Assembly (NCBI RefSeq): GCF_964204645.1
Contig: NC_134031.1
Location: 19,413,910-19,477,909 of the forward strand
Direction: 5' to 3'
Length of the DNA stretch: 64,000 nucleotides
Origin: Tubulanus polymorphus
Lineage: Eukaryota > Animalia > Nemertea
The notes beneath the pieces were generated by a model. It saw only the letters and a program-made list of their open reading frames with translations, was not told the origin of the DNA and searched no databases. The position numbers were made by a program, and so were the translations under genes. Of this stretch, positions 11,918 to 24,700 are shown piece by piece; within the stretch, counting starts at the first letter, position 1, and every line of letters begins with the position of its first letter.

Positions 11918-14900
11918 ATATTTTCCGACATATTCAGTTGCAGATGACGCAGATGATGATGTCGCTTCTCTGGTTACTCCTATTCGCCCGTTGCTGAAAT
12001 GCGTCGACGATCTACCACGTGACATGCAGACAGTTTTCAGCGAAATGATGAATAAATTAAACATCACGATCAACGTTGAACGATTGCGACTTGAAGACGG
12101 GCATTTTGATTTATTTTCGAAGCGTACGTTCTTAAAGCCCAACAACACACATTTCGTAGGGAAACACGAACACACAGAAACACACGTAAACATGTTTCTG
12201 TCTCCTGTTTTCCTTGTTTCTCTGCGTCGTGTGCGTTGGTCTTTTAACCCATCAACCATTATATAATTGAGTAGGCCATAATAGATAACATATACCCACG
12301 TATAAATCATTTAAAACCTAACGAACGACTAACCACTAATTAGGCCGGGAAAACAGCAAAGCAGTGATAGCGTGTTTTCTGTATGGGTTACAGCCGAGAA
12401 AAATAAATTTCTATGATATATGAGTCTAGGTTGCATCCAAACTTTTAGCTTAGATCCAAAGTTTTGAAAGTGCAAATTCGGGATTCGATCCAGCGCCCAT
12501 TCGTGTATCAAGCCGGCGCCCTTACCACTGGACAAAGTAATCTTGTTGTCTACGCTGCAATTGTATTTACTAAATTATTATGTTATATCGTACCCGGTAT
12601 ATAGGGTTTTTAGGTCCAATATATTTCTACGAAGATCTATCTAATCATCTCTGAAAAAGTAAGAATAATACGATGCGAAACAAATTCTGAAAATATGATT
12701 TCAATTTTAGTTTGTAAAGCGTCGAAAAATGGAAGTCTAGTGGTGATGTCACACTTAAGTTGTGAGAAGTTACATACACTGATGCCGATTACCAATGATT
12801 TGCCTTTGTTTCACATTTCGGCCGTGTCCAGTCCGTGTTTAGAAGCAATTCCACCGTCTAATGGTGTCGCCATACTTCCGTTCCCGATCGTGCATCCATA
12901 CGAGATCCTGATGCAGATTATTGTGCGGAACAGTTGGAAAAAGCTGATCATATTTCACGACGATTACAACAGTAAATATTGTTCATGAATGCATCGATTG
13001 ATTATCAAATAATCGACCCTTCAATCAGTCAATCAATCAATCAAATGTATCAAATTTTGATACATTTATTCGATTGATTGACCGATTGAAGGGTCGATTG
13101 GCTGGCCGATTGGCTGACTGGTTGATTGAATGATTGATTGATTTGATGAGAGGTGGATTCGATTTATCAATTGATCGATTGATTGAACAGTTGTCCGATT
13201 AAAGGGTGCATTGATTGTTTAATCGTTTAATTAATTGACTGGCTGACTGGTTATAGATTTATAGATCGAATGAAGTGTGGATTCGATAGATCAAATTGAT
13301 TCATTTTAGAATTTGGTCTTATTGTTTGGTCGTATTTTCTTTTCTCTTAGGATTGGTCGCCAAGATAATCACGAATTTGATGAAACGATCGATAAAGATA
13401 TCGGTTCTGAAAGTAAAAGGCGATTTGCGCGATATAGAGCCGTACTTGGAACGAATAACGGCGGACGAAAAAACGTATGACGTCATCATTCCGTTCCTGG
13501 TTCTATGCAACACGACGAACGCGATGCAGTTGATAAATCAGGTTGGATTTACTGAAAGAAACTACCGCATTATTTTCTTAGATGAATGTGCAGGTTTTCT
13601 ATTGATATCTCGGACGATTGTCTAAGGCGGTAGTAATAGCCCGTACACTCAGATAGTGGGAATAGATGATCAAATTAAATATGTACTTCATTAAGATTTG
13701 AAGGGCTTAAAACGGAATTTATTGATCAAAAAGAATTAAAATCATCAGTTAAAGGCACGACGTTTCGTCATCGTCAAATAGATTTAGATGATGAAAGCTC
13801 CCACAATTGGTGACATTTTGTGTCTATCAGTGTTTCGACATCAGAATCTTTGAGCTTTCTATTTCTCCTTCTATCTATTTCTCTTTCTATCTATTTGCAG
13901 CCGATACTACGTCGCGCCCGCGAGGAACACATGTGGATCGTTTACCATCCTCAGCTAGACTTAGAACGCCTTTCGACGGTTCTGATTCCCGAGGATAATG
14001 TGGCGACCATATCAACGAATCCGCTATTAACTAATCGAAAAAATATACAGGTAAAAAACATTCAAAATAAAGCCGCAAAGCAGCGATAACGGGTTTTCTG
14101 CCTAGAAGTATCATTAATACGATAACCTTTAGTAATTATGAACAGAAATGTTTACCGTCGGGTATTCGAACCTGACATGGCTGGTCACTACGTCAATGTG
14201 TTTTTTTTTGTTACATCACAGTATGACGAATTCGAACAAGCACTGTGAGGCTATTCAATAAAAATAACTTTAATTGACGTGCATCGGATTCAAACCCACG
14301 ACGGCGGGCGGAACTTTCGAATTTGTTTGAGTGGAAACCAAGTTATATTTCAATGGAATTCGAACCCAATAGTGACTGTCACTGTCGGACATAAAAAAAC
14401 TTTTTGAAATATTTTCATATTCTGAAATCGGAAACGAATCCATTGAAATCTGTGTTGAAAATGTAAATCTTTTATTCAAACGAGTTCCTAGTTCTCTACG
14501 AAACGTAATATACTCAGAACACGGTATTATACAACATTTGACATTTGACATTTGTTTGACGATTCGATAGATTAAACTTAGAAGTTGCTGAAGCCATTAG
14601 CGCTATTGCCATCTGTATACAATCAACTAGCCTTGCATTATCACCGAGTAGCATTATAACTGTTATATAGTAATACGAATTATTTATTAACCATTCAATT
14701 CGCTATTTAATTTTAGAAATAAATAATTGAATATGTAAATAGTTTTAACGCTCTGTGTCGACGTACAGTATACGTTGTGGAACTGACTAATACAACGAAA
14801 ACAGTATTCGGTATCTCGTTCCAGAGTCTGACACCCGAAGACTTTACGACGAAGCCATGTCACGTTGGTGACTATCGGCTTTACTTTGATAAGAATGTCG

Positions 14901-17900
14901 ACTGTCGACGAACAGTAACCTACACGTTGGTGACTATCGGCTTTACTTTGATAAGAATGTCGACTGTCGACGAACAGTAACCTACACGTTGGTGACTATC
15001 GGCTTTACTTTGATAAGAATGTCGACTGTCGACGAACAGTAACCTACACGTTGGTGACTATCGGCTTTACTTTGATAAGAATGTCGACTGTCGACGAACA
15101 GTAACCTACCGGCTACACCCAGGCGTTCATTCTGCCTTAATAATACAACGACAGTCACACTATAGTCCAAACTTCTATCTATTCAAGCTCCTTTTAGACC
15201 AATACAAACAATTCCTTAGTTTCTACAGGCCCCTCCAGGTCTAATTTACTGTATTTTGTATTATGCTTTGTACACTATGCTGTAAATTATATTTGAAAAA
15301 TAAAGTGTTCAAATCAAATCAAATCAAATATTATTCTTACAAGCAATACCTAAGACCCTGGGCAGGTATCAGAACAATATTTATAAAGCCTTTAATACAC
15401 GCGTATTACTTAAGACCCTGGGGACGAACTGAGGGGTCAATCAAAACCAAGACACTTTAAATCTGCGAGTATTGGGGGTTACGCAAAATCCTAGAACATT
15501 TGGTAGAAATCTATGGAAAAGCAGAAAACCCTAGATATTGTCACTGTCGATGTCAAAGGTACCGCCGAATATACTTTACAGTAGACTCCGTTTAAATGAA
15601 GTCGCGTGTCCCCGAATAGAACGCGACAAATCTTCTTCCTACAATTCATCAATCCGCGTCGTACCTCGGATTGAGAATTCGACGAGAAAAGCGGACTCTA
15701 CTTATACTGCAGTTTCAAACGTGCAGCGACTTGTGCAAATCTATTGTGTAAATTTGGTGTTAAATCGACGAATTAATGTCATAGATCAGGGATTAATAAA
15801 CTGATTTTATATTCAAGGTGGCCGTCAATGTGGTACTGAAAGCGCTTCTGAAAGTGCAGTCCAATCTGACGACCACTGACGCGCACGTCAGCGAAATCTG
15901 TGGATCGAGTCTTACAGCACAGTCCAGAGACGAGTTTAAAAAATCAGTGGAGGTGAGCGATGACTTATTGCATCATTATTTTTCTAAGTTGTTCATTTTT
16001 AATCTTTTTGTCTATGAAAATAATAATTAAATAACGTTTCTGTTTGTTCTAATAATAATTATAATGATAGTTAAGTAACGTTTCTGTTTGTTATACGGTA
16101 GACTACGTTAATCCCGAAAAATCTATTTCTGAAATCTATCAGGGATTTCTAGGAGATACATCCAAGTTGCTCGCGAAGAGTAACGAGACGCAGTATTCGG
16201 TGATTTCGTTCGATGGATACAGTAGAACCTGGCAGAGAGTAGCTGAATGGAACTCCGGTGATACGGTAGTCCTTCTGGCCGATAGTATATTCCCGAATAT
16301 CAACCGAGGATACCATGGCCGTAAATTTAGAGTGACGACTTTGGCGGTAATTATTGACACAGACAGGAACCACTCGGTTCATGTTGTACATCGACAGTTT
16401 AAAATCCATTCTTGCAGTAAAAATGAAAAAAATGGAGTCGGAAACCTTCTTTTTGAGTTAGAAGTTAGTTCAACGTTTCGACCATATGCTAATAGTTATC
16501 TTCCCTTGCAACTGCTATTGATGTAAATTATAAGATATAGTAATCCGGAACAAAAATACTAATTACACATTCTAATGTTTGATCAACTTCTTTGCTGTGG
16601 ATTGTTTGTTTATCAAGGACTCGTTTTTTTATTCTAAGTGTGCGATTTTATATAAATTGACGATGAATTTCATTAGTAAATTTGAAATTAGTAAAAAAAA
16701 AAACAATTACTCGAACGTTTAAATACTTGTGAACTTCTTTTGTAGTACACGTTCTTTCAAAAGAAGATGGACATTAACGGAACCGTTGTTTGGGACGGTT
16801 TAACATTCGAGATTCTGAACGAATTGGCCAGGGCGTTGAATTTCACGTGAGCAAATCTTCCATTTCGAAATCTGTGGCATTTTATTTCGAAATCTGTGAC
16901 TTCACACGGAGTGCTGTGATTTTGTTCGAATATTTCAAAATGAATCGTAATGATGAACAATGGAATGTCACACGAGTAGACCCCCCTCCCTTACTCTGTA
17001 GCGTCGGGACCGTAAATATCTCATCGGAATTATAGTTAAGAAGCTTTTGAAGGTTTTTACATATAAATGGTCGTAAAAAGACTTGAGCGATTTCCCGAGT
17101 TTACCAGTATCGAGTAAGAGGAGCCGACTGAAAGGCGTGGGGTGCTGAGAACCAGCCACTTTTATAACTACTGGGTGAAGGGTGAGCTATTGCTACATTC
17201 AGTATATGCTATATCACAAATATAAACATGTTATGTAGGTATGAAGTGAATGAACCGAAGGATGGTAAATGGGGTATGGAGTTAAGCGATGGTACGTGGG
17301 ATGGCATGATAGCGGAATTGATAAACGGGGTATGTGTGTCTAACAGTCGTTTTTCGTCTTCGTAAAAATCTCGATGTCAACCTAAATTAAAAAGAAAACA
17401 CCCTTCCGAATAAACAGAAGATCGTCCCTATAACTCTTTTGCTTATGAATTTTGTTGTTTTAGACGCATGATCTTGCGGCTTCTGTTTTCGCCGTTAACG
17501 TCGAGCGTCGTAAAGTGTTAGACTTTACGAGCGGGGTTTTCCAAGACCAGTCGGTAATCGTGGTCAAGGATCCGGGCGAAGAGAGCAAAGCGTTGCTGTA
17601 TCTGAAGCCGTACAGGTGGCCGGTGTGGATCGGTATCGTGGCCGCAGGATTCATTGTCGGTCCGATACAGTGGGCGTTCGCGAGAATTACTCCGTTCTAC
17701 GATAAAGCGTTCAGAGATAAACACAGAAACAAGGAGTTGTTTGACGTCCGGTGCTGTTGGTGGCAGCTTTACGGTGTATTTCTAAGTCAAGGTTTGTCCG
17801 GTCTACTCGGTTCCTTCCTAAGACCAGTCTGACGCCATCTTTGTCCTATATCCAATCTAGCGTGTAACTATGATCTCTAAAGAGTCCTTGGTATAAAAAG

Positions 17901-19436
17901 TCTTATGACTGCTTTTGGATGATGTCACGACCGTGCAACATGAAATAGAATCCAGTCCGCCCAAGTAGTTCACATATTTATCATTTTTACGACATTTCAT
18001 ATGGTTTATTTTTCCTCTCTCTTCAGGAACCTATTTGTTACCCACATCTCAGTCGGGTCGATGCGTTCTGGCGTTTTGGTTCTTGTTTTGTATAGTAGTC
18101 GTCGCTACATACACGGGGAATCTAATTTCATTCCTGGCCGTGCGAACTGTTGATCTGAAATTCCGAAATATGGCTGAAATGGTAGAGCAAACTGACATGC
18201 AGTGGGGCACGATCACCAGTACAGCTCTCGTTATGTTGTTCAAGGTAAAAATCAAGTCTACGAGCACGTGTCTATTCAGAAACAAATACTCCAAGGGACA
18301 GAATTTAATCTAAAGACTTGTAGAGCAAAATTAGGGCTTATTTTCTGCTTTTATCAATAGGAATTATGTTTTATACATATACAATAATAATGGGCCATGG
18401 GGACCCGCAAATTAGCTATCCCACCATTTTATTTCCGATTAGTTAGTTTTCAATGAACTTTTCAACTGGACTCCCGAATTCATACATATACACAGCACCC
18501 GCCACATACATTCATTCATCTACCCAGGTATAGTTTTCATTAACATTCATTCATTCAAGAAAAGTTCACTCAGTTTCAATTGAAATGTCGAAACAATGGA
18601 ACGCAGAAGACCAACTATCTACTAGCAAACCTGGCGGGTCCTCGCCTGCCATACGTGGAATCCTCGATTGCCACAGTAGCACTGCGGCTATTTCATTACG
18701 TAACGCATTTTCATTTTTTCTTTTAGAACTCTAAACTTGATTTATACAAAAAAGTTTGGGCTGGTATGGAAAACAGCGACTCATTATTTCAGGATTACGA
18801 CGATGCCGTCAACAAAGTGAAAACAGGTTTGGATTGAGGAGCATTTTTATATTTTTGTATCAAGTAAAACAGAAGCGAATTTTTCACGTAAATATTTACC
18901 ATTTTTTCAGGTGATTACGCCTTTATAACTGAGAAATCGTGGTTTCATAAGCATTCGTCACATGATTGTAGTTTCGTGATGTTAACCGAGGAATTCTACC
19001 CAACCAGTTACGCCTGGGCTTTCCCAAAAGGGTCAAAACTCGCTAAACAATTTTCCAAAAGGTAAACCCGACGAACATGAACCACGTGTGGATGTATGAA
19101 CTCGAGTAGCCATTACCTGTATAATCATTTTGTAGGATTGATAAAATGATGGAGTCAGGACTACTTAATTACTGGATGAAGAAATGGGTACCCAAGAATT
19201 TGCAGTGCAAGGGACTAAAATCGGTAACAAGCGCGAAAAAGGCGTCGATTGCGCATTTCCAAGGTGGATTTTTCCTGTTAGCTTTCGGGATAACATTCGC
19301 CACGATCGCGTTGTGTTTCGAATGCCTTATGACGAGGATTAAATCGAAAATAAAACACTTTAAAGAAATAAAACCGGCAGAGAATGGAACGATACACCCT
19401 GTCAGAGGTTTCGAAGAAGAAAAAACTGCATTTTAG
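11918..19436 (+). CDS. Variant ionotropic glutamate receptor / ionotropic receptor (IR)-like subunit with ATD, S1, M1-P-M3, S2, M4; 5' end uncertain
   Basis: Exons ~11918-12123, 12711-12971, 13351-13541, 13901-14050, 14825-14914, 15818-15952, 16143-16346, 16746-16846, 17239-17329, 17464-17791, 18027-18244, 18727-18826, 18911-19061, 19136-19436 in consistent phase. Motifs: EILNELARALNFTY, DGKWG..GTWDGMIAEL, VERRKVLDFT, YGVFLSQG, ATYTGNLISFL, YAWAFPKGS, ESGLLNYWMKKW. Confidence 0.92.
12478..12537 (-). mobile_element. tRNA-derived SINE head remnant
   Basis: Minus strand TGTCCAGTGGTAAGG (A-box-like) ... GGATCGAATCCC (B-box-like), no complete cloverleaf. Confidence 0.4.
13011..13099. repeat. Near-perfect ~89-bp hairpin in a (CAAT/ATTG)n low-complexity tract
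   Basis: aatcgacccttcaatc...aaatgtatcaaa-t-tttgatacattt...gattgaagggtcgatt. Confidence 0.8.
14861..15108. repeat. Perfect tandem repeat, 62 bp x 4
   Basis: Identical units start at 14861, 14923, 14985, 15047 (cacgttggtgactatcggc...gaacagtaaccta). Confidence 0.97.
15180..15329 (+). mobile_element. Probable retroposon 3' tail
   Basis: aataaa followed by (tcaaa)x4; the 5' boundary is a guess. Confidence 0.35.
15579..15703. mobile_element. pogo/Tigger-like MITE remnant
   Basis: ta|cagtagactccgttt ... aagcggactctactt. Confidence 0.4.
18619..18684 (-). mobile_element. Helitron-like 3' terminus in an IR intron
   Basis: Minus strand hairpin tggcagg-cgagga-cccgcca, 6 nt, then CTAG|T; homologous to 63203-63269. 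Confidence 0.55.
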
Positions 19437-21610
19437 TTCGTTGCGGTGCAGCATCGGGTCCACGGAATCTAACGATCACTGACGGGATTTAACGAAAACT
19501 GTGCGCTCATTATCAAAATCTAATATACCTTGGTTGATTTTATAGTCAAGCAAAGTTTAATGCGTTGCAGTCAAGCTAAGAATCAGGGGAAAGTTACGAT
19601 TTGCGATATATTGACAATTTTTATTGAAGATACTGTGATAAATAGTGATAAAACCTGTTAAACGAGATGCTAAAATGATGTCCGCGTCTCTCACCAGATG
19701 GCATATATAGGCAATGAACTTGAATAGACGGCCAATTGAATTATGCACCTGGTGCTATATAAAATTCGATCTTAAAGAAGGATAATCTGGATAATGTATT
19801 ACTTGAGTTTTTCTTTCGAAGATTTCGAAGTTTTCAATATAGCAGCACCCACGACCGCGATCGTCGATAGCCATTATCACGGCGACGCCTCCCCGCTTGC
19901 GATTCCTTTCTTTTAGATGAATATACGTCACTGGATACCCACTCCAACATGTTTCTGACGGGCGCATCCATGCTCACCTGATCGATGTGATTGAATGCGG
20001 GAAGAAGCGCTCACTTTGTGCCGGACGAACTCAAGTTTTCTTAGCCACACTGCTCATTATTAATTTTTTCCATAATCTCACAAAAATTGAATATTTGCAA
20101 TAAAAAGTCGAAGAATTGTACAAGCACTTGAGAAATTGAGCTCGATAAAATGTTCGATGCTCAATGACGATTTATAGTGATATGGCGGTGCGATGTGCGG
20201 TAGTGGTACATCATCGGCAGTGTACACGTACGTATTTTAGAACACGTTAGACACTGCGATTTTTAGCGTTAAGCCCGAATAGCTCTTTTTTTACACAGTA
20301 TTGTAAAAAAGTTTTCTTTGTTAGAAATGAGATAAATAGATACGTTAATAGAACGAATAAAACATATCACTAACGGAGAGCATTGCCTAATGCTAAAATT
20401 AAGATTATTCAGAAAAGTGCAATTTTCGCATACATTTCCTCCGAGTAAACAAAATAACAAAATAAAAAGGCAATGAACGAACCTTTTAGATTACGGAAAA
20501 TAATTCAGTATATAAAATGATTCACTAGAGAATAAAACAAACCCTTGTCACTGGGAGTTCCAGGGATATAAACAATCAAACCATGGACGCCTTTTTATTT
20601 CTTCGATTTCTATTTCATCATCAATAGAATACATGGAACATGATAGAATCAGTTGAAATTGATGATGATAGCGGTCTAAACAGGGCCATAAAGGCTGTTC
20701 AATCACTAGGACGTTCAAACCCTATAAAAATGTTTAATGATAAGTATCAACAATAATATACTAATGATTATTTTGCGTTTTGAAACTTTATAGCGCGTAA
20801 CTTACCACATGACATTTAATGAAGGGTGGAGTAAATATTAGAAATGTTGCTTTGATCGTGTTTTGCCGACACGTCCAGGGACATGATTGGTAGTTGTTGT
20901 GGTGAAATATACGTGAACTAATTTGCTTGAACGTTAGGCCTCATGTCAAAAACCTCAGTCAAAACTTTTCCTTTATGACACGTCCTTAAAACACGCTCAC
21001 TACGATCGCAATAACACAGAAGATGATAGTAGCAGTAGTATATTATAGAATCCCATAATTCCAAAGAAAAACTAGGAAAAAACTTTTGTTCAGCTAATAT
21101 ATTATTTTGCATTAATAGTCGACATCAACGTGCTGATGATGTATGCTAGATTATAGTATCAGCAATCAATGAGCTGGGTTCGATCGGTTGTGAGCCAAAA
21201 ATCTTACTTACCCTCATTTTTCTTTTTGTATCGAGGGATTTCATCTCACATTATTGTTACAACTCGGACAGAGTGTTTCAACAAGGTTGGAGATAATGAA
21301 AAGTGTTGATTCGTGGTCAGTTCTTTCGATCACTTTCCCCATTTGTTATAGATACGGTGTTGGTGAAAGGGAATTTCATTTTCTAAAATGATAATCCTCT
21401 TTTTCCAGTTATTACCTCTACGTCCCAATAGAATAAATGCTTTTAGGCTGGCAAAAAAGTAATCATCTAACTCATTCTCATTTGCAATAATTGATGGGAG
21501 TAAAAGCACTTAAATTATTCTGATAATTACGGGCGATACAAAAACCGACTGCGTACCCGGACATCACGTGATCACTCGCGCGCAGCGTCGCACCTATGAA
21601 GACGTCGTCT

Positions 21611-21616
21611 TATAAA
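21611..21616 (+). promoter_or_regulatory. Candidate TATA box of GPCR copy A
   Basis: TATAAA ~90 bp upstream of the signal-peptide ATG at 21702. Confidence 0.35.
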
Positions 21617-21701
21617 GAAGGATACACATTGGTCGCAAGGCCGAAATAAGACATATATTTAGGAATAAATATTCAATCGACGTATGAAAAAGAGTTGAAT
21701 T

Positions 21702-24700
21702 ATGAATCGTTTTATTGTGGTACTGGTAATTGCTACAATAGTCGCCAAGTTTGAATCAAATGCCGAACAAAGTAAGTAATCTTTATCATAGTTTTTATAC
21801 ACCAATATTCCTTGTTCATTTCGTAATTCGAAATATCACAGTTCAAACACATATCATACAAATTTCAGTTAACAAACGTTATAGTTCAATGGCGGCTGAT
21901 ACGAACCGTTAGGTAAAATTCCTAATATGCAAATGAGGGTACCAGAAAAAAAAAATCCGATTGAATGTTTGTTCTGGTGGTGGGGGGGGGGGGGCTAAAA
22001 CTGAAATAACCACGCCAAAACGGATCTTTTGAAGGAAATTCCGCCCCAATCCGCCGCCATAAGTTTTTGTGTACTGTTTGTTGATTTCTACGCCTGGTGG
22101 CTAACATTCGATAAATCAAAATCATCAATCCTCACTTATCATTTATTGATTAATCATTCCTCTAATTCATTGCTTTATTTCTACCACAAGGTTTTCCATT
22201 GTTTTGCAATTTCGAGAATGGACTTTGTAATTTTACTCGGATTGGAATCGGTTCTATGAAAATGAGGGATAATTCATCGACCGCCAAATGGCCGATACAC
22301 GACCACACGTTTCTTCAGAAAGGTGCGTGATCACTTTTGAATATCTACACTTACTTTTACAAACATAAACAAAATTAATCTGAAACCATTTGTGGCCTTT
22401 ATCGTTAATGTCATATCTTTTTGCAACAGAAAATAAAGCAAAACTTTACGCCTGAGCTCCGGAACTGAAAAGTATACATGGCTCTGATCGGCTAGTCGAA
22501 ATGGCACGACCAAAGAGGAATTAGTTTAATTTTCTGTAGCAAAAATGCTGATAAGCAACTCTCATTCGTGCTTTTTTATTTCCTGTGTATTCTAGAATGT
22601 AGGTGGAAGGGTAGTGACATAGATTCATACGTCGGCTCAACTAACAGAGCAAGAGAAGTACCAAACGATAGGAACGCCGTATATCCATGTCAAAACTGGG
22701 AAAGCATTGACCCCCATGAACCGGACGATACAATAGAAAGAATGACGAAAGTCATACCCGATAGATATCTTGTAGATGCTCATAACTATTGTCGAGAAAT
22801 GGAAAAGGGTATCCCGTGGTGCTACGCTATAACTGGTTATCATACTGATCGCCGCGATTGTGAGGATATTCCGTTTTGTACAAACCCGACAGGTAAATTG
22901 CAGCGGGATTGTTCCGCGAGTAGATGTGTCTTGATTTCTCGAATTGCTGCTTCGTTCAAAATCATTATTTATAACCATCAAAATTTAGTCTTTCCGGAAT
23001 GGGCTATGGGTGTTTACACTAGATCTACGTTCGTTTCTCCGTGCGTGAATGTAAACTTCTGAACCAGTGATTACAGCTGATTTTAAAAAATCTGTAAACG
23101 CACAGCATTGATTTGGTCCGTTTTAAATTGGTCCGTTCAGGGTACGGGCTGATTTAGCATGGGCTGATCAGCGATAGTGTGACGTATGTCATTTATTAAA
23201 CTGCATTTCGATCGTTTCATCCGTCTAGGTCATTACCTGCTGTCGGATAAACCTGGATACAGCACCTTGAATTTAGGAAACCGGTTTGACACGAATATCT
23301 GCCTCGGACTTTGGTATATCAAGAGCCCCGTAGGGGAGGCGTTTGATGTCATTCTCAAGTATGGTCCCGATGCGAAACCCATCACGATTTATTCAGAGTA
23401 TAGTTACACAAGAATGTGGACATACACCGAAATAGATGTGACCAATACGGAATCCTTGAATTTCTCGGTAATATACACCATGATCCTGATATGAATTCGA
23501 CGTTGAGATTTATATATCACTGCATTCAAACAAACAACCCGAAATGGTAATCTCAGAATATTGGAATTTTGCTTTGTTTCTAACAGATGAGTTGTCACTT
23601 CTAATGCGGGCACAGATTTAGATTTCAAAATAGGGAGGCATATGATTTTGGACTGTAAAAACTGAAATAAAATTAATGTTTGGTTTATCATCAACGTTTA
23701 ATGATTGCGTTCAGTGGTGATACGTTTTTACAGGTATCAATAGTGATTAATCAGGGGACAGACGATGTTATAGCTATAGACGATATACAGATTGCAAACG
23801 AAAGTTGTTTTTCACGACCATTCGGTAAGTATCGCAAGTCTGATTGTTTGTCCCCTTCCTACGTTCACTCTTATCAGTCTGAAAAAGAGTAATGAATAAC
23901 GTGTTCATTTGATTTTGTTGATTTTAGGTGAACGTGAATTGATCGTAAACGAACGTCCAACACCAAGACGGTGGATCGATGTGGAAAATTATCGCGTATT
24001 CATCCACCTGTCGGAGATAATGCCGTTCTGGTATTGTGAAGATTTCTGCAAGGCAAAATTCAACGGGGCTGAAATAGGTCCATTTTTCCTTAGTCAGCTC
24101 GATGAGATTCAGCGGAGGGTCAAAAACGAATTTCCAGGTTAAGAACATTGGGAATTCTATCTTAATAGAACTTTTAATTCAAAATGATTTCTTTCGTCCA
24201 TGAGTGATACAATAATAGCTTTATAAGTAGTATACGCTATGATTGTTTACGAGATATCAATGAATTATTCTTTTATTTCGCAGCGCTCAACGAACCACTG
24301 TGGATAAACACGAGGTACATCGATGCTCCCAGTACCAATGGAACCAACAGACAATGTGTAGGGTCTTTCGACTCAAGAATTCAAACTTATGATTGCAATA
24401 AAAAGTTTTCGTGCCTCTGCCAAAGTTATACAGGTAGAATATCTGGCATGGAATTCTATGCAAAATATAGCTTTTCCAACTTCACAAACGTGTATAGACA
24501 AACTAGTTTACACAAACCTGAATAATTTAAACGTCTCTTGTGTCATGATGATAATCTTCTATTCAGGAACCGCGGATCAAGTAGATATTTTGTCGACCTC
24601 TGAAATAATGCACACAACACAAGATGGTAGAAAAATGGAAGGTGAACCAGTGGAGATGAGCGCATGCGAAGAGACAAGTCACGGAACTGTGATTGAATAT

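Noticed and set aside
14861-15108. CRISPR array
   Set aside because: Units are contiguous and identical with no unique spacers, there are no cas genes, and the DNA is eukaryotic.
18630-18684. HDV-like ribozyme suggested by TCCTCGC
   Set aside because: Could not build the nested double pseudoknot; hairpin plus CTAG fits a Helitron end better.
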